From: Nitrospirota bacterium
GTDB lineage: Bacteria > Nitrospirota > UBA9217
Direction of reading: 5' to 3'
Length of the DNA stretch: 64,000 nt
Assembly (NCBI GenBank): GCA_963845065.1
Contig: CAWJQQ010000006.1
Coordinates: forward strand, 363,850-427,849
Shown: positions 20,085-31,077 of the stretch, in pieces
How the letters are laid out: each line of letters opens with the position of its first letter
Position numbering within the stretch: position 1 is the stretch's first letter
The notes under the pieces: model-generated
Database searches by the model: none
Told to the model about the DNA's origin: nothing
The model's input: only the letters and a program-made list of their open reading frames with translations
Program-made: the position numbers and the translations under genes

Positions 20085-22035
20085 CCCATCTTCTACACCT
20101 GCCAAAAAATAACTTCGCTAAAACAACATGATAAGGGCATCGAAAAGTAGCGTGGCACCACACCCTGCCATATTATTCCAACTCGATTATGATGACGAGA
20201 TTTCAGCACCATTTACCTTTTGTGGTATCACGACCTTTGGCGGAATCGCCACTCCTGCAGCCTGAAACACCTTTCCCGTATCGCCTTTTAATTCGGTCCT
20301 TAAAATAACTTCCTTGCCGTCGCTTGTAATCGTGATCTGCTTCAGTTCCTCTAGGTCCCGGAGCATTTCGCCCCACTCAAGCTTCTGCTCATTGCGGCTA
20401 TCCAATCGCTCCTGTAATTCCTTCATAAGGACAAGCGCAAGAAAACTACAGAAGACATGGCCCCGAATCGTCTCGTCGCATTTATGATAAATCGGGCGCG
20501 TCGTCAGCACCGTTTTGGTGCTCCTGAAGATCTGCTCCACCATCCACAACTCTTTGTACGCGAGCGCAACCTCGCGCGCAGGCATGGGCATTGATGTCGT
20601 GAGGACCCACTTACCGTCATACCGTGCTTCCTGTTGAACTTTTTCTTCATCGATGACAAAGGCACTGCTGAAGCTCTTCACATATTTACGATACCCTTTG
20701 TTGCCAACCAGGCTCTTGCCTCCCTGCTTCAGTTTCTCCCGAAGAGATGCGATGATGGCTTCTCTATCGGCGGCATCTTTCTTCCGCTGGTCTTCGTTAA
20801 CGCACACGATATAGCGGCGTTCGCCTACCATGACGTTCTTCACTTTGAGCGGGGATGGGGCTTTACTCTCCTTGCTTTTAGGATAGACCTCTTCGTATTT
20901 CCCTCCGCGGCTCAAAACCTCTTCACTCACTTCCTTCTGCCGCCGCATCCTCGCTCCCAGAATGTAATCGATCTTTCGCTCATGCAAGTCGGACAGGGTC
21001 TTTTCGCTGATCATTCCCCGGTCTGCCACTATGCACGCCTGATTGATGCCGAAGCGGAGCCTCAGCCGGTCTATGATCGGCACGAGCGTCTTGACATCGG
21101 TTGTGTTTCCGGGCCACAACTCGCAACAAAGAGGTTTCCCGTGATGATCGATGATTGCGCCGACCACCATCTGCTTGAGATCGGGCCGGTGGTCCTTGGA
21201 ATGACCGTATGCGCCTATATCCTCGCCGCCCTCTCCTTCAAAGTAAATGCTCGTGGTGTCGAAAAAGACCAGCCGTAGATCGGCGAATAAATCTCGCCTG
21301 CGTCGGAATAGCTCTTCTTCGATCACATCCTTGGTGCAACGGGGAGAAAATCCGGTGGCCCCTTCCTGATCAGCATTGGAAAGGGGTTCGCCGAGCCATG
21401 CCATGGCCCGGTATAAATGGTGCAAATCGATTCCAGCGGTTCCTTCTATCCGGTAGCCAAGGCACCATTGTTCAGCGGCACGATCTGAACCCGATACGCT
21501 CAAACGGTGCAGCACCGTAAGATAAATCGCCCGCTCGATGGAAAATTGATGTTTGCGCTCCCTGGCTGATGCCTCAAGCACTTTCTGTATTCCCAGCTCT
21601 TTCCATAACCGGCCGAATATCATCGGCAGGCCGATGCGCCTGGAATCCGTTTCAATCGCTTCTCCCTGTTTATGTGCGTCGATGACCGCGATCTGGTCGG
21701 AAAACTTGAGCCCAGACCGCAGCAAGCTATCAAATGCTCCTGTTTCCTTGAGCGCATCGAGCCGTCCAAGCGTGGCGATGACTTCCTGCTTCACCTTGCC
21801 TTGGTCGCGGCGGTTATGAACGATCTGAAGGTATTCTCGTGATTCGGAGCGTTTTACCCTGAAGAACATAGCACCACAAATATATCATAATAATTATTAA
21901 TTGCAAGTTATTTTTATATTAACGTGGCACTACATTTTGACCTGTTTTCCAAAAACGTTTTTTGTAACCCTGTGAAATTAAACAACTCCACTCGCGCAAA
22001 CAGTCCTTTTCTCGGCGGCAACTGTAGAAGATGGG
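20085..22035 (-). mobile_element. IS1634-family insertion sequence, apparently intact
   Basis: 13-bp perfect inverted repeats CCCATCTTCTACA (20085-20097 / 22023-22035); TTAAA direct repeat at 20080-20084 and 22036-22040. Confidence 0.9.
20187..21869 (-). CDS. IS1634-family DDE transposase
   Basis: FFDTTSIYFEG, GHSKDHRPDL, VADRGM, YKELWMVEQIFR..K, RPIYH, IRGHVFCSFLAL motifs. Confidence 0.93.
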   Translation of the reverse strand: MFFRVKRSESREYLQIVHNRRDQGKVKQEVIATLGRLDALKETGAFDSLLRSGLKFSDQIAVIDAHKQGEAIETDSRRIGLPMIFGRLWKELGIQKVLEASARERKHQFSIERAIYLTVLHRLSVSGSDRAAEQWCLGYRIEGTAGIDLHHLYRAMAWLGEPLSNADQEGATGFSPRCTKDVIEEELFRRRRDLFADLRLVFFDTTSIYFEGEGGEDIGAYGHSKDHRPDLKQMVVGAIIDHHGKPLCCELWPGNTTDVKTLVPIIDRLRLRFGINQACIVADRGMISEKTLSDLHERKIDYILGARMRRQKEVSEEVLSRGGKYEEVYPKSKESKAPSPLKVKNVMVGERRYIVCVNEDQRKKDAADREAIIASLREKLKQGGKSLVGNKGYRKYVKSFSSAFVIDEEKVQQEARYDGKWVLTTSMPMPAREVALAYKELWMVEQIFRSTKTVLTTRPIYHKCDETIRGHVFCSFLALVLMKELQERLDSRNEQKLEWGEMLRDLEELKQITITSDGKEVILRTELKGDTGKVFQAAGVAIPPKVVIPQKVNGAEISSS

Positions 22036-22189
22036 TTAAAGGGCTGCTTGAATTTTATGTAAGTTCTGGATGACCAACCCTCCCGATCTCGCGTATTTGA
22101 TTTTCGTCTGCACTAGCCCGTTATCACTGAAAAATGCATGCCTCCTCTCATCTTTGAAAAAATACTTTGCAAGGAATGCGGAATTTAGA

Positions 22190-22454
22190 TCGCGCTGTGT
22201 GGTTACTCTTATCAACTTCGGCATTTTACCGCTCACCTTTGAGAATGAGGCTGATTATGATTCAATCGGTGTAAATGACAAGATAGAGGGATATCAAAAT
22301 GAGGCTTTCGAAGGGTGCGGATCTGGTTCTCAAGAATATTAAGAATATGACAACTGGAAAAACAGCGAAACTCAAATATCCTTTGAGTACGCGGCAACAG
22401 AATATTATTCTAGCCGGTGGCATGCTGCACTACACTCGATCACATTCTATTTAG
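22190..22454 (+). pseudogene. Aconitate hydratase C-terminal (swivel domain) remnant
   Basis: LINFGILPLTFENEADYDSI... then, after a frameshift, LSTRQQNIILAGGMLHY. Confidence 0.7.
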
Positions 22455-22559
22455 TCGTTCCGACTGAAGGAACATTCTCCTTAAAAAGCTTCACCTATCC
22501 ATGTGTGGCTTTTTTATTTCTTTTTTTCAGCTGCAGGCCTATGCCTATTATCCCGTTGA

Positions 22560-23585
22560 TTAAAGCTTTACATCCCGCAAATACTTTGCTGACATTTCTG
22601 GTGGAGTAGAATTGATGTAGAAACCTGAGCCCCACTCATACCCGGCCACGCGCGTAATTCGGGGCATGATTTCGAGGTGCCAGTGGAAATCGTCGTTTAA
22701 TGTGTGCCAATGCCCGCGGCGTTGTACGCGGTTCGGCGCCGTGTAGAGCATGAAATTATATGGCGGATGATTCAGAACTTTATCGAGCCTCTGCAATGTA
22801 TGCCTGAGCGTTCTGGAAAAATCCATAATCTCCTCTTTCCCAACATCGACATAGGAGCACAGATGCTTTTTTGGGTAGACCCATATCTCAAAAGGGAAAC
22901 GGGGCGCAAAGGGGGCCATAACTACGAAATGGCGCGTCTCTTCGATCATGCGCTCCGACGCTTGAAGTTCCTGACGGATGATGTCGCAGAAGATGCACCG
23001 CTCCTTATAATCGTAATAAGATTTGGCACCTTCTAGCTTTTCCTTCACGAACTTGGGAATGACTGGCGTAGCGATTATCTGGGAATGGGCATGGTTCAGG
23101 GCCGATCCGGCAGTCCAGCCCTGATTTTTGAAAACCAGAACGTATCTGAGACGGCTGTCCCTTTCGAGATCGAGAATACGGTCGCGATAGGCCCAGAGGA
23201 CTTTTTCAACCTGGCTTTCGGGAAGGTCTTCTATCCGAATTGCATGCTCTGGACATTCAATGATGATCTCGTGGGCACCGATGCCGTTCATCCAGTCATA
23301 GATACCGCTCCCTTCGCGTTCCATGCTACCCTCAATGTGGAGCACAGGGAACTTACTTGGAACGACGCGCACCCACCAACCTTCGGTATTCGGTAGCGTC
23401 TTCTCAGGCCTGAAGGAAGCGAGCTCCGGAGGAGTTTTGGATTCATTGCCGCCGCAAAACGGGCACTCCGTTGAGCTTACATCGTCTGCAGGCTCTTCAA
23501 AGATATATTCTTCGGGTTTTTTGGGACGCTCTGTGGATACAATGATCCAGCGGCCGACAATAGGGTCCTTGCGTAGGCGTGACAT
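22560..23585 (-). CDS. galT: Galactose-1-phosphate uridylyltransferase family protein
   Basis: CPFCGGNE, HEIIIE, GSALNHAHSQI (HxHxQ), CIFCD and FHWHLEIMPR motifs. Confidence 0.9.
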   Translation of the reverse strand: MSRLRKDPIVGRWIIVSTERPKKPEEYIFEEPADDVSSTECPFCGGNESKTPPELASFRPEKTLPNTEGWWVRVVPSKFPVLHIEGSMEREGSGIYDWMNGIGAHEIIIECPEHAIRIEDLPESQVEKVLWAYRDRILDLERDSRLRYVLVFKNQGWTAGSALNHAHSQIIATPVIPKFVKEKLEGAKSYYDYKERCIFCDIIRQELQASERMIEETRHFVVMAPFAPRFPFEIWVYPKKHLCSYVDVGKEEIMDFSRTLRHTLQRLDKVLNHPPYNFMLYTAPNRVQRRGHWHTLNDDFHWHLEIMPRITRVAGYEWGSGFYINSTPPEMSAKYLRDVKL

Positions 23586-23962
23586 CAGTTGCCTGACCTC
23601 GCCTTCTGCTCAGTCAGTACCTTATGAACGATCCGTTTCAATTCTTTAATGCGAATAGGCTTGTTAATATATTCAGCTGCTCCGAGGCTCATAGCCTTAA
23701 GATAACTTTCAACTTCACCATATGCCGTCACCATAATCACATCGGTTTTGGACCCCATCTGCCGGATCTCCTGAAGAAGCTGAAGCCCATCCATGACCGG
23801 CATTTTGATGTCTGTGATCACGAGATTGAAGGGCTGATTCTTGAACAAGGTCAGTGCATCCTCTCCGCTGTTGGCGAGGGCAACCTCATATCCTTCATCC
23901 GTCAGGATGGTATTGAACAATTCCCGGGCGCCCTCTTCATCATCAACAACAAGAATATTCAT
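23585..23962 (-). CDS. Single-domain response regulator
   Basis: ILVVDDE, TDIKMP, VTAYG, YINKP motifs. Confidence 0.92.
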   Translation of the reverse strand: MNILVVDDEEGARELFNTILTDEGYEVALANSGEDALTLFKNQPFNLVITDIKMPVMDGLQLLQEIRQMGSKTDVIMVTAYGEVESYLKAMSLGAAEYINKPIRIKELKRIVHKVLTEQKARSGN

Positions 23963-24090
23963 CTATTCTCCTTACAAGCGGTTGTAAAGGAAAAATATCA
24001 TAAAAATGTGGAATCGTCAAGGTAACGGGATGGATAGATTTTTAGCAGCGATTAGGCTATTGGTGAGCATCGGACTTTGTCGTTGAAAAA

Positions 24091-24855
24091 TCAACGGTTT
24101 ATTTCGTATAGTAATCGTAGGCCCTCAAGCGTCAACTGAGGTTTTATCTGCCATATGCTCCTCGTTTCCTGCGAGACAAGTTCTGCCAAACCGCCCGTTG
24201 CCACAACCTTGGCATGGTCGGACAGCTCCTTCTTCATCCGTTCCACGATGCCATCAACAAGACCAGCGTAACCATAGATAATACCCGCCTGCATTGCGCT
24301 GATGGTATCTGTGCCTATCACATTTGCTGGTTTTGTTAGTTCAACTCGCGGTAACTTCGAGGCACGCTGAAACAATGCCTCCGCAGAAATTTTTATGCCG
24401 GGACAAATCGCCCCGCCCAGATATTCGCCGCTCTCTGTTACTGCACAAAACGTAGTCGCCGTGCCGAAGTCAACGATAATGAGCGGGCCGCCATATTGCT
24501 GATAGGCTGCAGCTGCATTCACGATGCGGTCTGCACCGACCTCCTTTGGGTTGTCATACCGGATCGTAATACCCGTCTTGAGTTTGTGTGTTACGACCAT
24601 GGGCTCGATCTGAAAATATTTCCGTGACATCTCCGTCATCACAGGCAATAGTGGCGGTACTACGGTTGAGATGATCACTCCAGCAATCTGTTTAAAATCG
24701 AGCTTGGCAAAATTGAAGAGGTCCTTGAAGATCATCGCGTATTCATCGGGCGTGATCTGCGTGTTGGTACCCACGCGCCAATTCTCGACGAGCATATCCC
24801 CGTCAAATACGCCAAGTACCACGTTCGTGTTTCCGATATCGATGGCTAAAAGCAT
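24091..24855 (-). CDS. coaX: Type III pantothenate kinase
   Basis: AIDIGNTN, GADR, VDFGTATT, GGAICPG, TGGLA motifs. Confidence 0.96.
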   Translation of the reverse strand: MLLAIDIGNTNVVLGVFDGDMLVENWRVGTNTQITPDEYAMIFKDLFNFAKLDFKQIAGVIISTVVPPLLPVMTEMSRKYFQIEPMVVTHKLKTGITIRYDNPKEVGADRIVNAAAAYQQYGGPLIIVDFGTATTFCAVTESGEYLGGAICPGIKISAEALFQRASKLPRVELTKPANVIGTDTISAMQAGIIYGYAGLVDGIVERMKKELSDHAKVVATGGLAELVSQETRSIWQIKPQLTLEGLRLLYEINR

Positions 24856-24959
24856 TTACCCTCCAGAGAAAAAGGTCGCACGATGAGATTAGTACAAGAT
24901 CTCACGTATAGAGCAATCGTGTTCCAATACTTCCAGACTGCTGGGTGCTGAATTCTGTC

Positions 24960-25931
24960 CTATCTTTTCAATATCGTCACATCGCCCGCAGCGACAGTCC
25001 TTGTTGTACCGTCGTCAAGAATAACAATGAGCCGACCCTCAGTATCCAGTCCCTGTGCTGAACCTTCGAGCACTTCGCCTGCACCGCTCACCGCAATGCG
25101 ATTTCCTATGGTCATGTTGAGCTTTTCCCATGCCTTCAGTACGTCAACTGGATCATGAAGGAGCACTTGGTACCAGCGGTCAAGTTCCTTAAAGATTGCC
25201 TGTAGGAGAGCGGTCCTGTTTATCTTCTCTCTTGTTTCCGCCATGAGAGAAGTCGTAATCGTTCGTATGTCGGTAGGTAACACATCGAGATCCATATTCA
25301 CATCCACGCCAATGCCGAGCACGATGTGCCTGATACGGTCCTGCTCTGCGCTCATCTCGGTAAGTAGACCGCATACCTTTTTGCCCGAAAGAAGAATATC
25401 ATTCGGCCACTTGATTACAGCGTGAACATGGCATACGTTTCTGATTGCACAGGCTACGACAACAGCCCCCATCAGAGTGATGAGCGGCGCCTTGTACAGT
25501 GGGATATCCGGACGCAGGATGACACTAAAATACAGATTGCCTTTCGGCGATATCCATTTCCTGCCAAGCCTACCCTTGCCGCTGGTCTGTGTCTCGGCAA
25601 TAACGACAGTGCCTTCGTGCGCGTTGTCCATTGCCATCTCTATGGCACGCGTATTTGTTGAAGAAATCTCTGGATATATATAGATCTCTTTTCCGATCAC
25701 TTTTGTTTTTAGTCCTGCCTTGATCTCGCTCTGCCGCAGGATGTCAGGCTCGGAAATAATGCGGTAGCCCTGCGACGGCACTGCGTCGATACCAAACCCG
25801 TCGCGTTTCAGCGACTTGATATGTTTCCACACCATGGTGCGTGAGACACCGATCTTTCGCGCGAGTTCTTCACCGGATAAGAACCCTGAACGTGATGCAA
25901 GAAGGATGTTCAATATTTTTTCTTTATACAT
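24960..25931 (-). CDS. birA: Bifunctional biotin ligase/repressor
   Basis: N-terminal HTH SGEELA...SRTMVWKHI; QTSGKGRLGR.W, KWPND, KVCGLL motifs. Confidence 0.95.
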   Translation of the reverse strand: MYKEKILNILLASRSGFLSGEELARKIGVSRTMVWKHIKSLKRDGFGIDAVPSQGYRIISEPDILRQSEIKAGLKTKVIGKEIYIYPEISSTNTRAIEMAMDNAHEGTVVIAETQTSGKGRLGRKWISPKGNLYFSVILRPDIPLYKAPLITLMGAVVVACAIRNVCHVHAVIKWPNDILLSGKKVCGLLTEMSAEQDRIRHIVLGIGVDVNMDLDVLPTDIRTITTSLMAETREKINRTALLQAIFKELDRWYQVLLHDPVDVLKAWEKLNMTIGNRIAVSGAGEVLEGSAQGLDTEGRLIVILDDGTTRTVAAGDVTILKR

Positions 25932-26020
25932 AAAATCAGGGCAAGAACCAAGTAGCGGAGTCTAATGCCCGGGGTCGGCAAATTCTTTACTGGCCCCCGA
26001 ACTCAAGATCTAGAACCCCG

Positions 26021-26848
26021 TTATTTTATTTTCATGCTGATATCGGCGGCAGGAGCGGAATGGGTGAGACTTCCCGAGGAGATGAAGTCAACGCCAGTCT
26101 CCGCAACCGCGCGAATAGTTTCGAGTGTAATGTTGCCAGACGCCTCAATAAAAGCCTTACCTGCGATGAGTCTCACTGCTTTGTACATCATATCTATAGA
26201 CATATTATCAAGCATAACAATGTCAGCCTGTGCAGCTATCGCCTCGCGAACATCATCAAGAGTTTTCGTCTCCACTTCTATCTTAAGTAGATGATGGGCC
26301 AACCTCCTTGTGCTTTCAACGGCTTTCGTTATGCTGCCTGATGCCTTGATATGGTTGTCCTTAATCAGCACCCCGTCATAAAGACCGAATCGATGATTTT
26401 TTCCTCCACCTACACGCACTGCATATTTCTCGAGCTGCCGCAGGCCCGGAAGTGTTTTTCTTGTGTCCAGCACCTCGACTTTCAGGCCCTTCACCCTTTC
26501 GACATATGTTGCCGTCAATGTCGCAATACCGGACAGATGCTGGAGAAGGTTCAGAGCCACGCGCTCGCCTGCAAGCAATGCCTGCGTGTTCCCAGACAGT
26601 TTCGCGATCTCCGTCCCGGCGTTCATCGTATCGCCATCCTTAACATCGGTTGTAAATTGGATATTGGGATCAAGGTGATAAAAGACAGCTCTGGCAACAC
26701 CGAGACCGGCAAGTATAAGGTTCTGCTTGGCCAGCATCACGGCTATAGACACGGATTCTGGGTGGATAGTTGCCTCGGAGGTTACATCACGAGGGCCGAG
26801 GTCTTCCTCCAATGCAAGCGCTAAAAGTTTTTTTAAAGTATGATCCAT
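26021..26848 (-). CDS. nadC: Nicotinate-nucleotide pyrophosphorylase (carboxylating)
   Basis: ERVALN, DTRKTLPG, HRFGLYD, KDNH, MLDN, EASG motifs. Confidence 0.96.
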   Translation of the reverse strand: MDHTLKKLLALALEEDLGPRDVTSEATIHPESVSIAVMLAKQNLILAGLGVARAVFYHLDPNIQFTTDVKDGDTMNAGTEIAKLSGNTQALLAGERVALNLLQHLSGIATLTATYVERVKGLKVEVLDTRKTLPGLRQLEKYAVRVGGGKNHRFGLYDGVLIKDNHIKASGSITKAVESTRRLAHHLLKIEVETKTLDDVREAIAAQADIVMLDNMSIDMMYKAVRLIAGKAFIEASGNITLETIRAVAETGVDFISSGSLTHSAPAADISMKIK

Positions 26849-26864
26849 GATCGATGAAATTCGT

Positions 26865-29582
26865 TTATCTCAGCATCTTCAGGCTCTGTTCAAGCTTCTC
26901 TCGTTTCACTTTAAATTCTTCAAGCTTCGCGGTATCCTTTTCCACGACTTCCTTCGGTGCTTTATCGACGAAGTTCTTGTTCGAAAGCTTCTTTGAAAAT
27001 ACCTCTATATCCTTTGAGGTCTTTGCGATCTCTTTCTGCAACCGGTCGAACTCCTGCGTAAGGTCGATAATACCTTCTAGCGGAATATACACTTCTGCCC
27101 CTTTTATCACGCCCATTGCCGATGCTTTTGGCTTTTTTTCGTTAACGCCGACCCGAAGTTCTAGAAGATGGGCCAACGTCTTCACATACCCTGCGCTCTT
27201 TTCGATATGCTCTGCGAGTTCACTGTTTTCGACTTTCACGATTACTTGTATCTGCATCGACGGTGCGATGTTCATCTCGCCCCGGATATTCCTGATTGTC
27301 AGGATCAGGTCCATGATCAATTGCATATCTCGCTCGATCTCTGCATTGATCAGGTAACCATCGGCAACAGGATATCCTGCAACCATGATCGAGCCCACCT
27401 GGCCCTTGATCACTCGACCCTGGACTCTGACCGTTTCCGGAAGAGTCTGCCATATCTCCTCGGTGATGAACGGCATGATAGGGTGTAAAAGCCTAAGCGC
27501 CGTTTCGAGGACGTGGGCAAGCAGGGTCTGTGTCGCCTTGCGCTTTGGCGATCCCCTGTCCAAATATAATGCCGGCTTAGACAACTCCAGATACCAGTCG
27601 CAGTATTCGTGCCATATAAAATGATAGAGCGCCGAGGCAGCGTCATTAAACCGGTAGTCTGTCAGCGCCGTCTGAACTTCTTTGGTGACCGAGTTTAGGC
27701 GCGAGAGGATCCACAGATCGGACAGAGAGGTCCCGTTGGTGATAAGCTCAGCATTCGGTGCGAAGTTTTCTTCTAAATTCATCATCACGAACCTGCTCGC
27801 GTTCCATATCTTGTTCGCAAAATTCCTGTAACCCTCGATGCGCTCCGTGGACATCTTGATGTCCCTTCCCTGAGCTGCAAAAACGGTGAGCGTGAACCGG
27901 AAGGCGTCGGTCCCGTACTGGTCGATCATTACTAGGGGGTCGATCACGTTTCCCTTCGATTTGCTCATCTTTTGACCTTCTGCATCGCGCACGAGCGCAT
28001 GGATATACACATCGTAGAACGGGACATCTTTCATAAAGTGAAGTCCCATCATAATCATTCGCGCCACCCAAAAGAAGATAATATCGAAGCTCGTGATCAA
28101 CACCGATGTGGGGTAGTAAACAGATAGCTCCTGGGTTTTATCAGGCCAGCCGAGCGTGGAAAATGGCCAAAGCGCTGACGAGAACCAAGTATCAAGTACA
28201 TCTGTTTCCTGGTGTATTTTTTTGCTTCCGCATTTGCTGCATAGCACCGCATCGGTTCGGCTAACCGTAATGGCCCCGCAGTCGTCGCAGTACCATGCCG
28301 GGATGCGGTGGCCCCACCATATTTGGCGCGATATGCACCAGTCTTTGATGTTGCGCATCCACTCGAAATATGTGTTTTCCCAGCCTTTAGGAATGATCCG
28401 GATATTGCCGTCTTCGACGACTTTGATCGCAGGCTCGGCAAGCGGCGCGGTTTTCACGAACCATTGGGGAGAAAGATAGGGTTCCACGACGGACCTGCAT
28501 CGGTAGCATTTGCCGATGGCGTGTGTGTGGTCATCCGTCTTGATGAGAAAACCACGCGCCTGGAGCAACTCCACGACCATACCGCGCGCCTTCTTTGCCG
28601 GTTTGCCAGCAATCTGTTTCAATACCTCGGAAAAAACATCCGGGATATCGGGAAGGATCTCGGCCTTATCATCGAGTATTTTGACTCGCGGGAGGTTCGG
28701 GATCTGACGCAAGCCCGCCTCGTAATCATTAAAATCGTGGGCAGGCGTGACTTTTACAGCGCCGGTGCCGAATTCGAGGTCAACGAGAATCGAGTCGCCG
28801 ATGACAGGGATCTGCCGTGTGGTCAGCGGTAGGTCAATGGTCTTGCCGATGAGGCCCTTATATCGTGGATCGAGAGGATGCACGGCAACCGCCGTATCGC
28901 CAAACATGGTTTCAGGTCGCGTAGTTGCAACAGTAAGGCGAATGTTGTGGTCATGATTTAAGGGATATGCAATATGATAGAGTTTACTTTTCTCGTCCTC
29001 ATGCTCAACCTCAATGTCCGAAAGCGCAGTGTGGCATCTCGGGCACCAGTTTATCAGACGCTCACCGCGGTAGATAAGCTCTTCTTCATACAATGTAACA
29101 AAAACCTCGCGCACTGCGCGCGAGAGACCTTCATCCATAGTGAAACGCTCTCGCTCCCAATCGCAGGATGCGCCCATGCGTTTCAACTGATTGATGATCC
29201 TACTGCCATATTCTTTCTTCCACTCCCATACCTTTTCGATGAACTTCTCTCGGCCCAGTACATGGCGGTCTACGTTTTCCTTGGCGAGCTGGCGCTCGAC
29301 CACGTTCTGCGTCGCGATGCCAGCATGGTCCGTGCCCGGTATCCAAAGCGTGTTTCTGCCAGACATGCGCATCCACCGTACGAGGATGTCTTGGAGCGTA
29401 GAGTTCAGCGCATGTCCAATGTGCAGCGATCCAGTCACGTTTGGAGGCGGTATCACAATAGAAAACGGACTGCCCACTGCGTCCTCGTTTGTGTGAAAAT
29501 ATTTTTTTTCAAGCCAGAAATCGTACCACTTCTGTTCTACAGATTTCGGATCATAGGATTTTGATAGTTCTTTGGTGGACAT
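26865..29582 (-). CDS. valS: Valine--tRNA ligase
   Basis: PPPNVTGSLHIGHA (HIGH), DWCISRQIWWGH, KMSKS, C-terminal coiled coil. Confidence 0.98.
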   Translation of the reverse strand: MSTKELSKSYDPKSVEQKWYDFWLEKKYFHTNEDAVGSPFSIVIPPPNVTGSLHIGHALNSTLQDILVRWMRMSGRNTLWIPGTDHAGIATQNVVERQLAKENVDRHVLGREKFIEKVWEWKKEYGSRIINQLKRMGASCDWERERFTMDEGLSRAVREVFVTLYEEELIYRGERLINWCPRCHTALSDIEVEHEDEKSKLYHIAYPLNHDHNIRLTVATTRPETMFGDTAVAVHPLDPRYKGLIGKTIDLPLTTRQIPVIGDSILVDLEFGTGAVKVTPAHDFNDYEAGLRQIPNLPRVKILDDKAEILPDIPDVFSEVLKQIAGKPAKKARGMVVELLQARGFLIKTDDHTHAIGKCYRCRSVVEPYLSPQWFVKTAPLAEPAIKVVEDGNIRIIPKGWENTYFEWMRNIKDWCISRQIWWGHRIPAWYCDDCGAITVSRTDAVLCSKCGSKKIHQETDVLDTWFSSALWPFSTLGWPDKTQELSVYYPTSVLITSFDIIFFWVARMIMMGLHFMKDVPFYDVYIHALVRDAEGQKMSKSKGNVIDPLVMIDQYGTDAFRFTLTVFAAQGRDIKMSTERIEGYRNFANKIWNASRFVMMNLEENFAPNAELITNGTSLSDLWILSRLNSVTKEVQTALTDYRFNDAASALYHFIWHEYCDWYLELSKPALYLDRGSPKRKATQTLLAHVLETALRLLHPIMPFITEEIWQTLPETVRVQGRVIKGQVGSIMVAGYPVADGYLINAEIERDMQLIMDLILTIRNIRGEMNIAPSMQIQVIVKVENSELAEHIEKSAGYVKTLAHLLELRVGVNEKKPKASAMGVIKGAEVYIPLEGIIDLTQEFDRLQKEIAKTSKDIEVFSKKLSNKNFVDKAPKEVVEKDTAKLEEFKVKREKLEQSLKMLR

Positions 29583-29827
29583 GCATGCTGCTCCTTATTT
29601 TGAAAGCATGTTCATCGCACAGGTCAGTGGAAAAAGTGACCCGATACTAGAACATGTCCTTCTGCTTCTTCGATAGAAAAGCAAGCTCTCTTCACTCGTT
29701 TACACATGTGGGGTATTAAACCTCAGCGGCGATAAAGGGAATGATTAACACCCCCCTTGGAGCCTCTACCACAAGATTCCACGTAATAAAACTACGATGC
29801 AAAACTTCAGTGGTGGTCAATGTGAAT

Positions 29828-29852
29828 AAAAAATAGGGGAACGAGTCCCCTA
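29828..29852 (-). terminator. Rho-independent terminator after the romR-like gene
   Basis: Minus strand TAGGGGA-CTCGT-TCCCCTA followed by T6. Confidence 0.65.
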
Positions 29853-29901
29853 CTGAGGTATGATCTTCTATCTGAAGTATGCCCGGATGTCCGGGATACT
29901 A

Positions 29902-31077
29902 CTACATGGCTTTCAATCGTTCTATCTCTTCTTTGATTTTTTGCTCGGCCAGCTGTGGAATCACTTCCCAAACAATTTTCTCGATCACGTCTCTCGCTAT
30001 GTCCCGGACGATCTTCGATATGACTTCCTCGATCCCTCTCCGGACAGTTTCGTCCGATATCTTTGGAAGAGGAGGAGGCATATCTCTAAACACATCCTGC
30101 GCCATCTTCGACATAATTTTTTCGGCTATGCCGCGCAGTTCGCTCTCGGGCAAGACCTTGGGTGCCGGGGCTGGTACGTTTTCGATTGCTTCTTTTACCG
30201 CCTTTGAAACAGTTGCTTCGACGATGCTCCGCACCTTATCTTCGGTGATCTGCGGCGGCACCGGTGTTATTGGCGTCTGAAGGGCTAAAACGACGGGCGC
30301 GAGCGGCTTTTGTTCATGGGGAATGGTGGCCTTTGGGGCAGATTCCATGGCTAAATCAAATGCCTCAAGGGGAACAGTCTCTGGCTCCGTCAGTAGCTCG
30401 TTCAATCCCAAGCCGACACGCATTTCTTCTACGGCCTTGTCGCCGACAGGCAATACCGTGGAACGCTCACGCGGGGCTGTTTCTTCCACTTCTTCTACTT
30501 CAGGTTCAACTTCATATATCGACTCTTCTTCGTTGGAAAGCATTGCTGCCTGCTTGAATTCGGCCTCTGTAGGCGCTTCATTGATGATTTCAAAAATGTC
30601 CGATGGTGCGGCCTGTCTTGGTTTTGCAATTGGCGACGTTACAGGTGCTGCCGAACTGTAAGCTGGCGTGGTGGCCTGCTTGGAAATGACCGGTTTTGGA
30701 TGCTGGGGTGCCTCGGCGAGCGCCTTTTTGACCTTGCCAATAAGTTCCTGTGACTCAAAAGGTTTGGCAATGTAGTCGAGAATTCTCCCCTGCTTCCCTT
30801 TTGCAGAGTCATATACATCGTCTCTACTCATCATGAGAATGACGGGGGTAGAAGAAAGCTGTGGGATATGTTTAAGTCGTTCAGCAAAACTATAGCCGTC
30901 GATTCGCGGAAGGTCCACATCAACCAGTACCAGGTCGGGCACGACTCGTGATGCTTCATGGATGGCGGTATCTCCGTCGCTCACACAGGTTACCTCGTAA
31001 TCTTTTCCTGAAAAAAGCATCTCAACCACCTTCTGAATGGTTATGCTTTTATCAGCTAATAATATCTTAACTGGCAT
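29902..31077 (-). CDS. romR: RomR-like response regulator (REC + Pro/Glu-rich linker + conserved C-terminal helix)
   Basis: REC ILLADKSITIQKVV; low-complexity P/E/A linker; C-terminus IEKIVWEVIPQLAEQKIKEEIERL resembles the Myxococcus RomR C-terminal motif; adjacent to valS. Confidence 0.72.
   Translation of the reverse strand: MPVKILLADKSITIQKVVEMLFSGKDYEVTCVSDGDTAIHEASRVVPDLVLVDVDLPRIDGYSFAERLKHIPQLSSTPVILMMSRDDVYDSAKGKQGRILDYIAKPFESQELIGKVKKALAEAPQHPKPVISKQATTPAYSSAAPVTSPIAKPRQAAPSDIFEIINEAPTEAEFKQAAMLSNEEESIYEVEPEVEEVEETAPRERSTVLPVGDKAVEEMRVGLGLNELLTEPETVPLEAFDLAMESAPKATIPHEQKPLAPVVLALQTPITPVPPQITEDKVRSIVEATVSKAVKEAIENVPAPAPKVLPESELRGIAEKIMSKMAQDVFRDMPPPLPKISDETVRRGIEEVISKIVRDIARDVIEKIVWEVIPQLAEQKIKEEIERLKAM

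Noticed and set aside
19854..20105. N-terminal extension of the ferritin-like ORF
   Set aside because: Runs into the IS1634 end; a strong RBS supports the start at 19853
29583..29827. Possible T-box or riboswitch upstream of valS
   Set aside because: No T-box consensus or recognisable aptamer by eye; an Rfam scan would be needed
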